Source: Candidatus Eiseniibacteriota bacterium
Lineage (GTDB): Bacteria; Eisenbacteria; RBG-16-71-46; CAIMUX01; VGJL01
Length of the DNA stretch: 64,000 nucleotides
Direction: 5' to 3'
Assembly (NCBI GenBank): GCA_041946735.1
Contig: JBHGAY010000004.1
Location: 125,626-189,625 of the forward strand
Below the pieces are notes generated by a model. That model worked only from the letters and a program-made list of their open reading frames with translations. It did no database searches and was not told the DNA's origin. Both the position numbers and the translations under genes were made by a program. This document shows positions 9,463 through 19,209 of this stretch, piece by piece; position 1 is the first letter of the stretch; each line of letters starts with the position of its first letter.

Positions 9463-10793
9463 TTGTCCCTCGCCCCTTGATCGATCCAGTCCGAGACGAC
9501 CAAGCGCTTCGTGTCGTCGAAGCAGTTCGACGAGCAGCCTTGCGGCATCCGGTCTCCGAACGGAGGGGTCGGGCTCAGTTTCTGCACGATGATGCTGCCC
9601 GATCCGTCGCGAGGCGTCACGACGGGACCGTGGACGCTATCGCCCCGGAGCAGCTCCGCCGCCGTGTCGAGGTAGAGGTTGTTCGTCCCGCCGTGGCAGG
9701 AAAGGCAGCCCGCCGTCGGCGAGGCGAACAGCGGACGCACGTCCTGCACGTAGGAGACGAGGCGCGGCGCGACGGAGAAGGAGACCTCGTTGCTGACCGA
9801 CTCGCCGCTATGCACGTGCACCGCTCCGTCGACCGCGCCTTCCGGAACGAGAACCAGGATCTCCGACTCGCTCCACCCCAGGACCTGGGCGGGACGCGGG
9901 CCGGAGGCGCCCGTGAACGTCACCTCGGAGCCTTCCGCGAATTCGCCGAAACCGCTGCCGGCGATTCGCACCGTATCGGCGACGACGGTGCGCGAAGGCC
10001 GCAGCCGGTCGATCCGGATCTCGAGCGGCGGCGGCCCGGTCACGACGCGGAACGTCGCGCCGTTGCTCTCCTGGCCGCCGGCAACGACCGTGACGGCGAC
10101 TTCGCCTTCCGTCGCTCCTTCCGGGACGCTCGCTTCGATTCGCGTGTCGGTCCAGAGGCTGGGCGCCGCCTCGATCACCCCGAACCGGACGATGCTGGTT
10201 CCCTGCGTGGCGCCGAATCGGACGCCATCGATACGGATCGTCTCACCGACCTGCCCGCTGTCGGGTGTGAGCGAGACGATCTGCGGCGGGAGAGGAGGAG
10301 GCGGCGGCGCGACGAGTCGAAACGCGACGCCGTTGCTCGTCAGCCCGTCGACGAGGACGGTCACCTCGCTGTCGTTCACCCCGTCGGGGACGACCGCATC
10401 GATCCGCGTGTCGGACCAGCTGCTGGTCGCGGCCCCCAGAGACCCGAAGCGCACGGCGCTCTGCCCCTTCGTCGCGCCGAAGCGAAGCCCCTCGATCCGG
10501 ATCGTCTCGCCCGCTCTTCCGCTGTCCGGCTGGATCGACGCGATCACGGGAGGCTGTGGCGCCGGCTCGAACGGCTCCTCCTTCTTCCCGCCGTCGCTGC
10601 ACGAGAGCGACAGGAGAGCCGCCAGGAGCGGAAGCAGGAACAGGAGCAGCGGCAGGGGCAGGGGCAGGGGCAGGGGCAGGGGCTGCGGCGGGACCAGCCG
10701 GCGCGCGGGCCGGGGCAAGGGCGGACGCGAGGGCTGACGCCAGGACCGGGGCACGAGCCGGTGCAGGATTGCGAGGGTCGGCAGGGACTTCAT
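9459..10793 (-). CDS. Lipoprotein with three IPT/TIG domains and a C-terminal c-type cytochrome domain
   Basis: GGAGGT RBS at ATG 10793; lipobox LLSLSC; three repeats of I.S..P.SG..GETIRI.G.RFG...WSDT.I...VP.GA; C-terminal CLSCH with a distal RMP and a WIDQGA end. Confidence 0.8.
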   Translation of the reverse strand: MKSLPTLAILHRLVPRSWRQPSRPPLPRPARRLVPPQPLPLPLPLPLPLLLFLLPLLAALLSLSCSDGGKKEEPFEPAPQPPVIASIQPDSGRAGETIRIEGLRFGATKGQSAVRFGSLGAATSSWSDTRIDAVVPDGVNDSEVTVLVDGLTSNGVAFRLVAPPPPPLPPQIVSLTPDSGQVGETIRIDGVRFGATQGTSIVRFGVIEAAPSLWTDTRIEASVPEGATEGEVAVTVVAGGQESNGATFRVVTGPPPLEIRIDRLRPSRTVVADTVRIAGSGFGEFAEGSEVTFTGASGPRPAQVLGWSESEILVLVPEGAVDGAVHVHSGESVSNEVSFSVAPRLVSYVQDVRPLFASPTAGCLSCHGGTNNLYLDTAAELLRGDSVHGPVVTPRDGSGSIIVQKLSPTPPFGDRMPQGCSSNCFDDTKRLVVSDWIDQGARDN

Positions 10794-11038
10794 ACGGCAA
10801 ACCTCCGAGGGGAGCCGGCTGCGCACGCGCACGGCTCGCGGCCGTTCGACCCAAACGGGACCGGCCGGATCGATCGTCCGGCCGGCCTCTCCTCCAACCT
10901 CGGTATGTCGGGCATTCGCGCCGCCTGATACCAGACGCCCCGAGGCGCGCTCTGCCTCACGCTCTGCCGGGCGGCCAGCGGCGCGTCGCTCGGCGGTGCC
11001 GCTGTCCCGGCCCGCGGCGATCCTGACCCTCCCTGCCG

Positions 11039-13675
11039 TCAGCGCAGGACGACCGCCGCCCGCGCCTCCGATCGGCCTCCCGCGTGCACGCGAAGCCAGT
11101 AGATGCCGGCCGGGACGTTGCGGCCCTCGTCGTCGTCCGCCTGCCAGGTGAGCCATTGCGCCCCCGCCGGGAGGGGGCCGGCGGATTCGATCCGGCGGAT
11201 CCGGCGGCCGGCCGCGTCGAACACCTCAAGAGCGGCGGGTCCGGCCGCGGCCGTCCGGAACAGCACGCGCGCGGACTGTCCCAGCGGATTCGGGGAAACC
11301 CGGAGATCGGTCAGGCCGCGAGGCGCCGCGCCTGGCAGAGACCCGTCGGCGACGTCCGCCGGTCGCAATGTCCCCTCGAACGAGAGGTCGTCGATGTACC
11401 AGCCGCGATCGCGAGTCCCCTCGTCCGATCCGAACCAGAAGCGCACCCGGATCGGCTGGCCGGCCCAGGCGCTGAGATCGACGATCGCCTCGGTCCAGGA
11501 CGTCCGCGTGCCGCTGTAGCCGGGCTGGCCCGCAAGTGGGTTGCAGCTTCCGCTCAGCGAGCTGGGATAGCCCCCGACGGGAGAGAGGACGGCCCAGGAA
11601 GCGCCGTCATCGGTCGACACCTGCACGTTTCCGCCGTCGTAGGCCGCCTCGGTCTTGTACCAGTGCCAGAAGTGCAGTCGGGCGGTCTGGTACTCGCGCA
11701 GGTCGAGCGGCGGGAGGTCCAGACGGTAGTCGGCGCAGTTGCCGTAGTTCGTTGAGAGCTTCGTTCCCCAGACTTTGGTGCCCGAATGAGCGCCGGTGAC
11801 GCCGTCGGTCCCCCATTCCCACCCGCTGTTGGCCGTCAGGCCGTCGTCGTTCTCCTCGAACGTCCAGATCGTCTCGAGGTCGAAGTCGATGTCGAACAGG
11901 TCCTGGCCGTTCGGCATGTCGAGCACGCGGACCCCCGGCATGCGGCCGTCGTAGTTGGCGTTCACGACGACCCTGCCCGGATAGACCGGCGAGAGATCGT
12001 AGTCCCCCGCCGCCCCGGCGAACGTCTCGGCGCTGCCATCGGTCACGAAGACCCGCGCCCCCGCCGCCGCTCCTCCGCCCGCGAGCATCACCGTCCCGTG
12101 GACGGCAGCGGCGACGAGCGGCTCGAGCGGCAGGTGAACGACGACGGCCTGCCCCTCGACCACCGTGACCGGCGCCTCGGCCGGTTCGTATCCTTCCGCG
12201 CTCGCGCGGATCGTGTATTCGCCCGGAAGCAGGTCGGCCAGGGAGAACGATCCGTCGGAGGCGGTCGCCACCGGCGAGTACCCGGTCCCCGCCACCTCGA
12301 TCTCGATTCCTCCGTCGTCGGGATCGTCGACACGGTCGGCCGTCCCTTCGACCGACCCAAAGCCGCTCGTCGCATTGGCGAGCTGCGCGGCCGCGACGAC
12401 GTTGGTCACGACCATGCTTCGAAACTGCTCGGGGCCGATGTTCGCGATCACATCGCACGTCTGGTGGTAGCAGGGATAGTTGTCCCAGTCGTAGTCGATC
12501 GCGAGGACCGCCGGAAAGCCGTGCGCGTTGAACGGCTCGTGATCGCTTCCCCATCCGTCGTAGGGATAGCGGTAGACGACGAGATCCGTGTAGGTCTCGG
12601 CGACCGATTCGAGCAGATTCATCAGCGAGACCGATCCTGGATTGGCCGGGAATCCCTCGATCCAGAGCGAGGAGCCGCCGGGGATGTCGTAGCCCACCAT
12701 GTCCATGTCGAGGACTCCGCGCAGATCCCAGTTCTCCTGGTCCGCGATCGAGGAGAGGTGCTCGCTCCCGATCAATCCTTGCTCCTCAGCGGTGAAGCAG
12801 ACGAAGTAGATCGTCGCGTCGGTCTGGAGCGGGGCGAGCAGCCGGGCCGCCTCGAGGACGCCGATCGATCCGCTGCCGTTGTCTTCGGCTCCCGGGGCCT
12901 GCGTCTGGGGCTGGGGCGAGGTCGAGTCGAGATGTCCGCAGACCATGTAGATCCGGTTCGGATAGAGCGAGCCGCGCTTCACGCCGATCACGTTGCGGAT
13001 CGACGCTCCGTTGTAGGTGAAGTCGTCGAAGCGGACCTCGTCGAGCCCCGAGGCGACGAACCGGTCGTATGCGTACTGGCTCGCCGCCTGCATTCCGGCC
13101 GTGTTGTAGTAACGCGTCGGGATGTCGACCGAGATGGCGGCGAGGGCCGACATCATCTCGTCGATCGAGACCGCGGCGGACAGGCTCTCGTAGAAGGTGA
13201 GGGAGCGCTCCGAGAACGGGGGAAGGATCGGACCGGCGCGAGGAGCGACCGGTTCTCCGGCGATTCGCTCGGGCCGGAGCCGCACGCCTTGGCCGGCGAG
13301 TCGTTCCGCCGTGGCTGGATCGAGCGAGACGAGGATGCGGTCCCGCTCGGCCCGTAGCACTTCCGCGGCGGCGGGAAGTCCCAGGACAGAGAGCCGCGGA
13401 TCGTCCCACCGGCCGGCTCGAGCCGCATCCCACGCCTCGGTCAGGGCGGGGTGCGAGCGGCGGTCCAGTTCGTAGGCGCGCGGCGCATCGGAAGATAGGG
13501 CAGTGCCGTCGGCCAGGCCGATCGCCGGGGTCACGAGCGGCAGGGCGAGCAGGAGCAGGAGCAAGGGCAAGAGGGGGGGGAGGAGCGTTTGGGCCGGTGA
13601 CTGGACGTGAGCTTGGCAGGCGCGTTGGCGGAGCGACGGGGATGGCCGCAGAAGCGCGAGGTGCCGAGAAGACAT
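11039..13675 (-). CDS. Secreted M28 aminopeptidase-family protein with carboxypeptidase-regulatory-like and adhesin-like domains and a FlgD-Ig/T9SS-like CTD
   Basis: GHLDS, GAEDNGSG, AEEQGLIGS, DMDM, SDHEPF; YDGGNV..S.D.G.SW...GWYIDD module; SPNP...PAGIYW CTD; GGAGG RBS at 13675; TATAAT at 13731-13736 (-). Confidence 0.9.
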   Translation of the reverse strand: MSSRHLALLRPSPSLRQRACQAHVQSPAQTLLPPLLPLLLLLLALPLVTPAIGLADGTALSSDAPRAYELDRRSHPALTEAWDAARAGRWDDPRLSVLGLPAAAEVLRAERDRILVSLDPATAERLAGQGVRLRPERIAGEPVAPRAGPILPPFSERSLTFYESLSAAVSIDEMMSALAAISVDIPTRYYNTAGMQAASQYAYDRFVASGLDEVRFDDFTYNGASIRNVIGVKRGSLYPNRIYMVCGHLDSTSPQPQTQAPGAEDNGSGSIGVLEAARLLAPLQTDATIYFVCFTAEEQGLIGSEHLSSIADQENWDLRGVLDMDMVGYDIPGGSSLWIEGFPANPGSVSLMNLLESVAETYTDLVVYRYPYDGWGSDHEPFNAHGFPAVLAIDYDWDNYPCYHQTCDVIANIGPEQFRSMVVTNVVAAAQLANATSGFGSVEGTADRVDDPDDGGIEIEVAGTGYSPVATASDGSFSLADLLPGEYTIRASAEGYEPAEAPVTVVEGQAVVVHLPLEPLVAAAVHGTVMLAGGGAAAGARVFVTDGSAETFAGAAGDYDLSPVYPGRVVVNANYDGRMPGVRVLDMPNGQDLFDIDFDLETIWTFEENDDGLTANSGWEWGTDGVTGAHSGTKVWGTKLSTNYGNCADYRLDLPPLDLREYQTARLHFWHWYKTEAAYDGGNVQVSTDDGASWAVLSPVGGYPSSLSGSCNPLAGQPGYSGTRTSWTEAIVDLSAWAGQPIRVRFWFGSDEGTRDRGWYIDDLSFEGTLRPADVADGSLPGAAPRGLTDLRVSPNPLGQSARVLFRTAAAGPAALEVFDAAGRRIRRIESAGPLPAGAQWLTWQADDDEGRNVPAGIYWLRVHAGGRSEARAAVVLR

Positions 13676-13864
13676 CAGGCCTCCGTGGGGGACGTGCGAT
13701 CGTGAACCAGGGGCGAACGGTTTCGAATACATTATAGCCCACTCCGAATCGGCTCGGCCGGCCATCCTGGCCAGGACCGCCGAAGGAGTGACCGCGTCCC
13801 CGGCTGCCCGGCTGCTCGCAAGATGGGGTAGGCTGCCCGGGCAGCGGGAGGGAGGAGCCAGAGC

Positions 13865-14917
13865 GTGCCGATCGTCGACTTGCCGAGGGACCTGCAGGCG
13901 CGGACCGGCGCCACGGCTGCGATCGAGGTGCCCGGCGTGACGCCGCGCGAGGCGCTCGACGCTCTGGCTGGCCGGCATCCGCCGCTCGGCGAGCTGTGGG
14001 CCGCGGGGGGCGAGCGGGCGCGCCTGCGCCTCTTTCGCGAGGGCCGGCTGCTTCGCCGTCCGGAGGATCTCGACGCGCCCCTCGGTCCCGCCGAGCGGAT
14101 CGTCCTCGTGACGGCCCCGCACTCGCTCGCCGGTCCCGCCTCGCCTCCCTTCTCCGATGACGAGCGGCAGCGGTATGCCCGCCATCTGGCGCTGCCGGAG
14201 GTCGGCGAGGAAGGGCAGCGGCGCCTGCGCGACTCTTCCGTGCTGATCGTCGGCGCGGGCGGCCTCGGTTCTCCTCTCGCCCTCTACCTCGCCGGCGCCG
14301 GGATCGGCCGGATCGGGATCGCCGACTTCGACGTCGTCGATCTCTCGAACCTGCAGCGCCAGATCCTTCACGGCACGGCGGATGTGGGACGAAGAAAGGT
14401 CGATTCCGCACGCGAGCGCATCGCCGGCCTGAACCCGCACGTCGATGTCGTCACCTACGCGGAGCCTCTCTCTCCGGAGAACGCGATCGAGATCATTCGG
14501 GAGCACGACATCGTCGCGGACGCGACGGACAACTATCCGGCCCGCTACCGGATCAACGACGCGTGCGTGTTGACCGGGAGGATGGACGTCTACGGCAGCG
14601 TCTTTCAGTTCGAGGGACAGGTGACCGTCTTCGGAGCCCCCGGCGGGCCGTGCTACCGGTGCCTGTTTCCCGAACCGCCTCCGCCCGGGCTCCTGCTCAC
14701 CAGCGCCGAAGGAGGGCTCCTGGGGATCGTCCCGGGAGTGATCGGCCTGCTTCAAGCGACCGAGGTGGTGAAGGCGCTTCTCGGTCTCCCGCACCTGCTC
14801 GCCGGACGGTTCGTTCTTTACGACGCAATGCGGATGCGCTTCGAGCACTTGCGCGTGCGTCCCGATCCGACCTGCCCCTGTTGCGGCGCCGAACCGGCCA
14901 TCGATCGGGTCGGCTGA
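13865..14917 (+). CDS. moeB: MoaD/ThiS-like domain fused to a MoeB/ThiF (E1-like) adenylyltransferase
   Basis: RYARHL, GAGGLGS, DFDVVDLSNLQRQ, DATDNY..RY, CYRC and CPCC zinc pairs; N-terminal beta-grasp-like region of about 85 aa; GGAGG RBS. Confidence 0.85.
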   Translation: MPIVDLPRDLQARTGATAAIEVPGVTPREALDALAGRHPPLGELWAAGGERARLRLFREGRLLRRPEDLDAPLGPAERIVLVTAPHSLAGPASPPFSDDERQRYARHLALPEVGEEGQRRLRDSSVLIVGAGGLGSPLALYLAGAGIGRIGIADFDVVDLSNLQRQILHGTADVGRRKVDSARERIAGLNPHVDVVTYAEPLSPENAIEIIREHDIVADATDNYPARYRINDACVLTGRMDVYGSVFQFEGQVTVFGAPGGPCYRCLFPEPPPPGLLLTSAEGGLLGIVPGVIGLLQATEVVKALLGLPHLLAGRFVLYDAMRMRFEHLRVRPDPTCPCCGAEPAIDRVG

Positions 14918-15042
14918 ACGGTCCCGCGAGTACGCCCGCGAGGCCGGAGCTGCCGATCGAAGGCGCGGCGGCCGAAGCTCCCGCCCCTGCCGCCACTCCT
15001 CCTCCCGCCGTCCGCTCTTCCTGCCGCCCGCGCACAGCCCGC

Positions 15043-15103
15043 TGGCCGGCCCGGTCCGCCCGGTCCGGTGCGCCCGGTCCGGTGCGCCCGGTCCGGTCCG
15101 TCC
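15043..15103. repeat. CCGGT-rich tandem repeats (GCGCCCGGTCCGGT units)
   Basis: Read directly in the convergent intergenic gap. Confidence 0.65.
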
Positions 15104-15126
15104 TGGCGGCGGGACGCGGCGACTTC

Positions 15127-16245
15127 CTACTTCAGCCGGTCGGGGTTCAGTCCTTTCAGCTCCTTCGGCACGAAAAGCCCGTCCTTGCGCAGCAGCTTGC
15201 CGTCGAAATGGATCTCCCCGCCCCCCTTCTCCGGCCGCTGGATATGGACGAGGTCCCAATGGATCTGCGAACGGTTGCCGTTGAAGCAGTCGTCATAGGC
15301 GTTGCCGAGCGCCATGTGAAGGCTGCCGGCGATCTTCTCGTCGAACAGGGCGTCGAGCATCGCTTCGGTCACGTAGGGATTGAAGCCGAGGGAAAACTCG
15401 CCGACGTAGCGCGCTCCCCGATCGCGATCGAGGATCGCGTTCAGCCGCCCCGTGTTCGCTCCAGCGTCGGCCTCGACAACCTTGCCGTTCTTGAAGCGGA
15501 GCTGGATCTCGTCGAAGACGACCCCTTCGAAGAGGGCCGGCGTGTTGAAGCAGATGGTCCCGTCGATCGAATCGCGGACGGGCGCAGTGTACAACTCCCC
15601 GTCCGGAATGTTCAACTTTCCGTCGCACTTGATGCTCGAGAGACCTCGGATCGAGAACTTCAGGTCGGTCTTCGGCCCCTTGATCTCCACCCGATCGGTC
15701 GCGTCCATCAGCGCCTTCAGCGGATCCATCGCCTTCGACATCTTCGCGTAGTCGAGCGTGCAGACGTCGAAATAGAAGTCCTCGAACACGTGGAGCGGCT
15801 TCTTGGCGTTCTGGGCCATGGCGTTGTTCGGATATCGCAAGACGACCCAGCGTGTCTTCGGCACCCGCGTCTTCATGTGAACCGGCTGGACGTAATGCTT
15901 CGACCACAGGCCGTTCTTCTCGGACGGCACGTCGGACATCTCCATCGTGTTCGCGCTCGCGCGGATCCCGATGAAGCAGTCCATCTCCTTCATCCGGTGG
16001 AGATCGTACTTGGCCTGGGCGCGGATCTGCTCTTCGCCGGCGTCGTGGAGGAAGCGGCGCGTGAGCGTGTCGCTGCGGAAGTTCGTGTAGACATGGGCCC
16101 CCAGCCGCGTCGCCTCGCTCACGATCTCGTGAACGAGGTCGAGCGCGTCGAAGCCGACCGACTCGACGAGGAGCTTCTCCCCCTTCTGGACGCCGCACGA
16201 ATACTGGACGAGGAGTTCCGCGAGCTTGCGATTCCGAGGATCCAT
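15127..16245 (-). CDS. M29 family aminopeptidase (AmpS/AmpT-like)
   Basis: NIPDGE, VGEFSLG, FDEKI, HMALG, IHWD metal ligands; starts MDPRNRKLA after a GGAGG RBS. Confidence 0.92.
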   Translation of the reverse strand: MDPRNRKLAELLVQYSCGVQKGEKLLVESVGFDALDLVHEIVSEATRLGAHVYTNFRSDTLTRRFLHDAGEEQIRAQAKYDLHRMKEMDCFIGIRASANTMEMSDVPSEKNGLWSKHYVQPVHMKTRVPKTRWVVLRYPNNAMAQNAKKPLHVFEDFYFDVCTLDYAKMSKAMDPLKALMDATDRVEIKGPKTDLKFSIRGLSSIKCDGKLNIPDGELYTAPVRDSIDGTICFNTPALFEGVVFDEIQLRFKNGKVVEADAGANTGRLNAILDRDRGARYVGEFSLGFNPYVTEAMLDALFDEKIAGSLHMALGNAYDDCFNGNRSQIHWDLVHIQRPEKGGGEIHFDGKLLRKDGLFVPKELKGLNPDRLK

Positions 16246-16370
16246 GACCGTCGCCTCCTTCCCGACCCCATGCCCATCCCCCGGCGGACGCCGGAACATG
16301 CTCCATGGAAACCGCGGCGAATTGTGCTACCGCGCGAGGGGACCGGTCAATCGGAGGCTCGTCAATCGGA

Positions 16371-16420
16371 CGCTCTAGGACGCTCTAGGGGGCTGTAGGG
16401 GGCTCTGGGAGGCTCTAGGA
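16371..16420. repeat. Five 10-nt tandem units (consensus (c/g)gctctagg(a/g)); the last holds the GT4 stop codon
   Basis: cgctctagga cgctctaggg ggctgtaggg ggctctggga ggctctagga. Confidence 0.8.
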
Positions 16421-17641
16421 GACCCGCGCCCCCGCCCGGGAGCGCAGCAGCTCCTCGTAGAGATCGGCGGTCTTCTCCCCTTGCCGGCGAAGATCGAACT
16501 CCGCCTCGACGTGGGCCCGGCCGGCGCGTCCCATCTCCAGCCAGCGCCCGGGATGGGCCAGCAGCTCGTCCAGACGCGCGGCGAGCGCGCCGGCGTCGCG
16601 CTCCGGGGCGAGGAGCGCGGACCGTCCCGGCAGGGTCGCCTCGGGGATGTCGCAATGCTCGGTCGCCAGCACGGGGAGCCCGACCGCCTGCGCCTCGAGG
16701 ATGCAGACCGGGGCGCCCCCTTCGCAGTCGCCGTCCGCCGCGGTCACGCTGGGGGAGAGGAAGAGGTGGGCGCGGGAGAGCTCCGCCAGGTAGTCGGGGA
16801 ACGGGCGGTAGCCGAGGAGTTCGACCTTCCCGGCAAGGTCGGGGCGGGAAGCGCGGGCGGCGATCTCGCCGCGCAGCGGACCGTCCCCGATGATCCGCAG
16901 ACGGAGGCGGGGATGGCGAGGCGCGACGCGCGCCAGCGCCTCGAGCGCGTAGACGATCCCTTTCTTCTCCCGGAAGCTCGCGGCCATCAGCGCGACGATC
17001 TCCCCCGCTCCGGCCGGGTCGGGTCGCCGCTCTCGGAACGGCAGGCGATCGAGGTCCACGCCCAGGTGCAGGATGCGGACACGATCCTCGGGCGCGCCGA
17101 TCGCGACCAGGCGACGCGCCATCGCGGATCCCTCCGCCAGAACCCGATCCGCCTCTCGAAAGAGGCGGCGATACAGGCGCCGCCAGTACGCCTTGCGGGG
17201 GAGCATCGAGGCGTCCTGCCCATAGAAGGAGACGACGAACGGGACTCCGAGGGCTTTGCGCAGCCCGATCGTCCGCGCTCCTTCCCACCCGAGATGGGCG
17301 TGGAGGAGTTGCACGCCCTCGCGTTGCGCGATCCTCACATACGGCGCGGGCGGAAACCGTCCCAGCAGGTACTTCTGAAACAGGAAGTCGATGCGGCCGG
17401 CCGGACCGCGGCTCTGCCCGCGCCCCTGCTCCTGCTCGCGCTCGCGCTCGCGCTCACGCGAGAGGTCGAAGACCGCATCGTGCGGGAACAGGGCGAGATT
17501 CTCCGTCGCCTGGGTCAGCACGATCGAGCGAAAGCGGGGCGAGGCGCCACGGATCTGGCTGTGGATCCAGGAGCCGGTCAGGAAGAGATACGGCGTCACG
17601 AGCTGCGCGACGACGGGACGATCGTCGCCGGCTGCGCTCAT
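16415..17641 (-). CDS. GT4 glycosyltransferase (WcaL-like)
   Basis: LHAHLG, SFYGQDA, FREKKG, PSVTAADGDCEGGAPVCILEAQA; ATGA overlap with the upstream GT. Confidence 0.9.
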   Translation of the reverse strand: MSAAGDDRPVVAQLVTPYLFLTGSWIHSQIRGASPRFRSIVLTQATENLALFPHDAVFDLSREREREREQEQGRGQSRGPAGRIDFLFQKYLLGRFPPAPYVRIAQREGVQLLHAHLGWEGARTIGLRKALGVPFVVSFYGQDASMLPRKAYWRRLYRRLFREADRVLAEGSAMARRLVAIGAPEDRVRILHLGVDLDRLPFRERRPDPAGAGEIVALMAASFREKKGIVYALEALARVAPRHPRLRLRIIGDGPLRGEIAARASRPDLAGKVELLGYRPFPDYLAELSRAHLFLSPSVTAADGDCEGGAPVCILEAQAVGLPVLATEHCDIPEATLPGRSALLAPERDAGALAARLDELLAHPGRWLEMGRAGRAHVEAEFDLRRQGEKTADLYEELLRSRAGARVS

Positions 17642-18879
17642 CCGCGCCTCGCTTCCTCGATCACTTCGAGCAGGATCCGCACCTCCTGCTCCATCCGGTC
17701 CTCCGGATCGAGCAGGATCGAGCGGACGTGGCGGCGCGCCGCCTTGCCAAGCCGCTCCCGCCTCCCGGGATCGGCGAGCAGGTCGGCCAGTACGTTGCCG
17801 AGGCGGGGCAGATCGCTCCTCTCGATCAGCACGCCAGTTTCCTCCGGGACGACCACCTCTCTCGTCGTCCCGGCGTCGAGCGCGACCACGCAGCGCTCGC
17901 ACGCCATCGCCTCGAAGACCGGATTGCTCGCATTCGTCCGATCGAGCAGCGACAGGACGATGGCGGCCGTGCGGTACCAGCCGACGAGATCGCGGTTCGG
18001 CACCGCGCCCGGCATCCGCACGGACCTCTCGATCCCCAGGCGCCGGACGTGCGCCTCGAGCCGCGCCCGCTCCGGGCCCTCCCCGACCAGCACCGCGACC
18101 GCGTCCGGCAACCGCCGGGCGAGCTCCGGGACGGCATCGATCACCCGCTCGAGCTTCTTCTCCTGATGCAGGCGGGTGGCCGTGAGAAGAATCGGAGCGC
18201 CTGGGGGCACTCCGAGCCTCTCTCGGACGGCCGGGTCTTCCGGCCCAGGGACGAAGTGGGTGAAGTCGAGCCCGTTGCGGAGATGGATGAACCGGTCGCA
18301 CGGAACGCCGAGCCGCCGCGCCACCCGCTCTCCGTCCGCCCCATCGTTGGTGAGGATCAGCCGCGCGCACGGCGTACGAAAGGCGCGAATCTCCGGGAAG
18401 TTCAGGCGGAAACGGATCGGATCGTCGAGGTTCATCGACAGCGCGCTGCCGAAGAGACGCACGACGTTCGGAACTCCGAGCCGCTGGGCGACGCGGCGCG
18501 CGACCGGCGCCTCGAACGTCCCATACGACAGGACGATGTCGGGCCGCAGCTCACGCGCGATCCTCATCGCCTCCCACGTCCCGATCCGCTGGAAGGCGGA
18601 CCAGGCGTAGACCCTCTCCACGAGCCGGATCGGCAGCGGCGCGTACGGCGTGGAGAAGCGCGTGCCGGTTGCGAACCGATGGAGATGCACGCCGTCTTTC
18701 GTCTCTAGGGAGGAAGGCTGGCCCGGAGGCGCAGGCAGGACGATGTGCACGTCGTGCCCGCGCGAAACCAGCGCGCTAGGGGTGCGGCTGAAGGAACCGG
18801 CCCCGATCCCCTCCCCCATGCTCCAGAAGGTCGGCTGCGCGTAGATGATCAGAAACTTGCGCCGGGCCGCGGCCGACAT
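17638..18879 (-). CDS. GT4 glycosyltransferase
   Basis: GHDVHIV, RNGLD, TRLHQEKK, NPVFEAMAC, ETGVL. Confidence 0.88.
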   Translation of the reverse strand: MSAAARRKFLIIYAQPTFWSMGEGIGAGSFSRTPSALVSRGHDVHIVLPAPPGQPSSLETKDGVHLHRFATGTRFSTPYAPLPIRLVERVYAWSAFQRIGTWEAMRIARELRPDIVLSYGTFEAPVARRVAQRLGVPNVVRLFGSALSMNLDDPIRFRLNFPEIRAFRTPCARLILTNDGADGERVARRLGVPCDRFIHLRNGLDFTHFVPGPEDPAVRERLGVPPGAPILLTATRLHQEKKLERVIDAVPELARRLPDAVAVLVGEGPERARLEAHVRRLGIERSVRMPGAVPNRDLVGWYRTAAIVLSLLDRTNASNPVFEAMACERCVVALDAGTTREVVVPEETGVLIERSDLPRLGNVLADLLADPGRRERLGKAARRHVRSILLDPEDRMEQEVRILLEVIEEARRG

Positions 18880-19209
18880 CTCCTCTGCTCTCCTCTTCTC
18901 TCCTCACCTCACCCCTTGCCTCCCCGCCTCCGTCGAGGAGGCCGGAGCGGCGCCGCCCGGGGCTGCATCGAGGCGGAGGATAGCTGTCGTGCCCGAAGAG
19001 GGGCAACCGCAGCCTCGGCCGGCGCCGCTCGAGCCTCGAGCGGCCGTGACGGCCCAGCCACGCGACGGACGGCCGATCCGCCCCTGGCACGCCTCCTCCT
19101 CCTCCGTTTCCACATCCCATGCTCCGGAATTGCGCCGAGCCGCGGGCAGGGGAACCCGCGGCTCGGATGAAGAAACGCATCAGGTGTCAGAACTGCATGC
19201 GTAGCGACT

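Noticed and set aside
10895-10930. Second sigma-28-like promoter upstream of the IPT-cytochrome gene
   Set aside because: The TCAGG-to-CCGACAT spacing is too short and the -10 match is poor.
13676-15259. N-terminal extension of the 1406-aa ORF
   Set aside because: It is antisense to the MoeB gene; the RBS, promoter and signal peptide place the real start at 13675.
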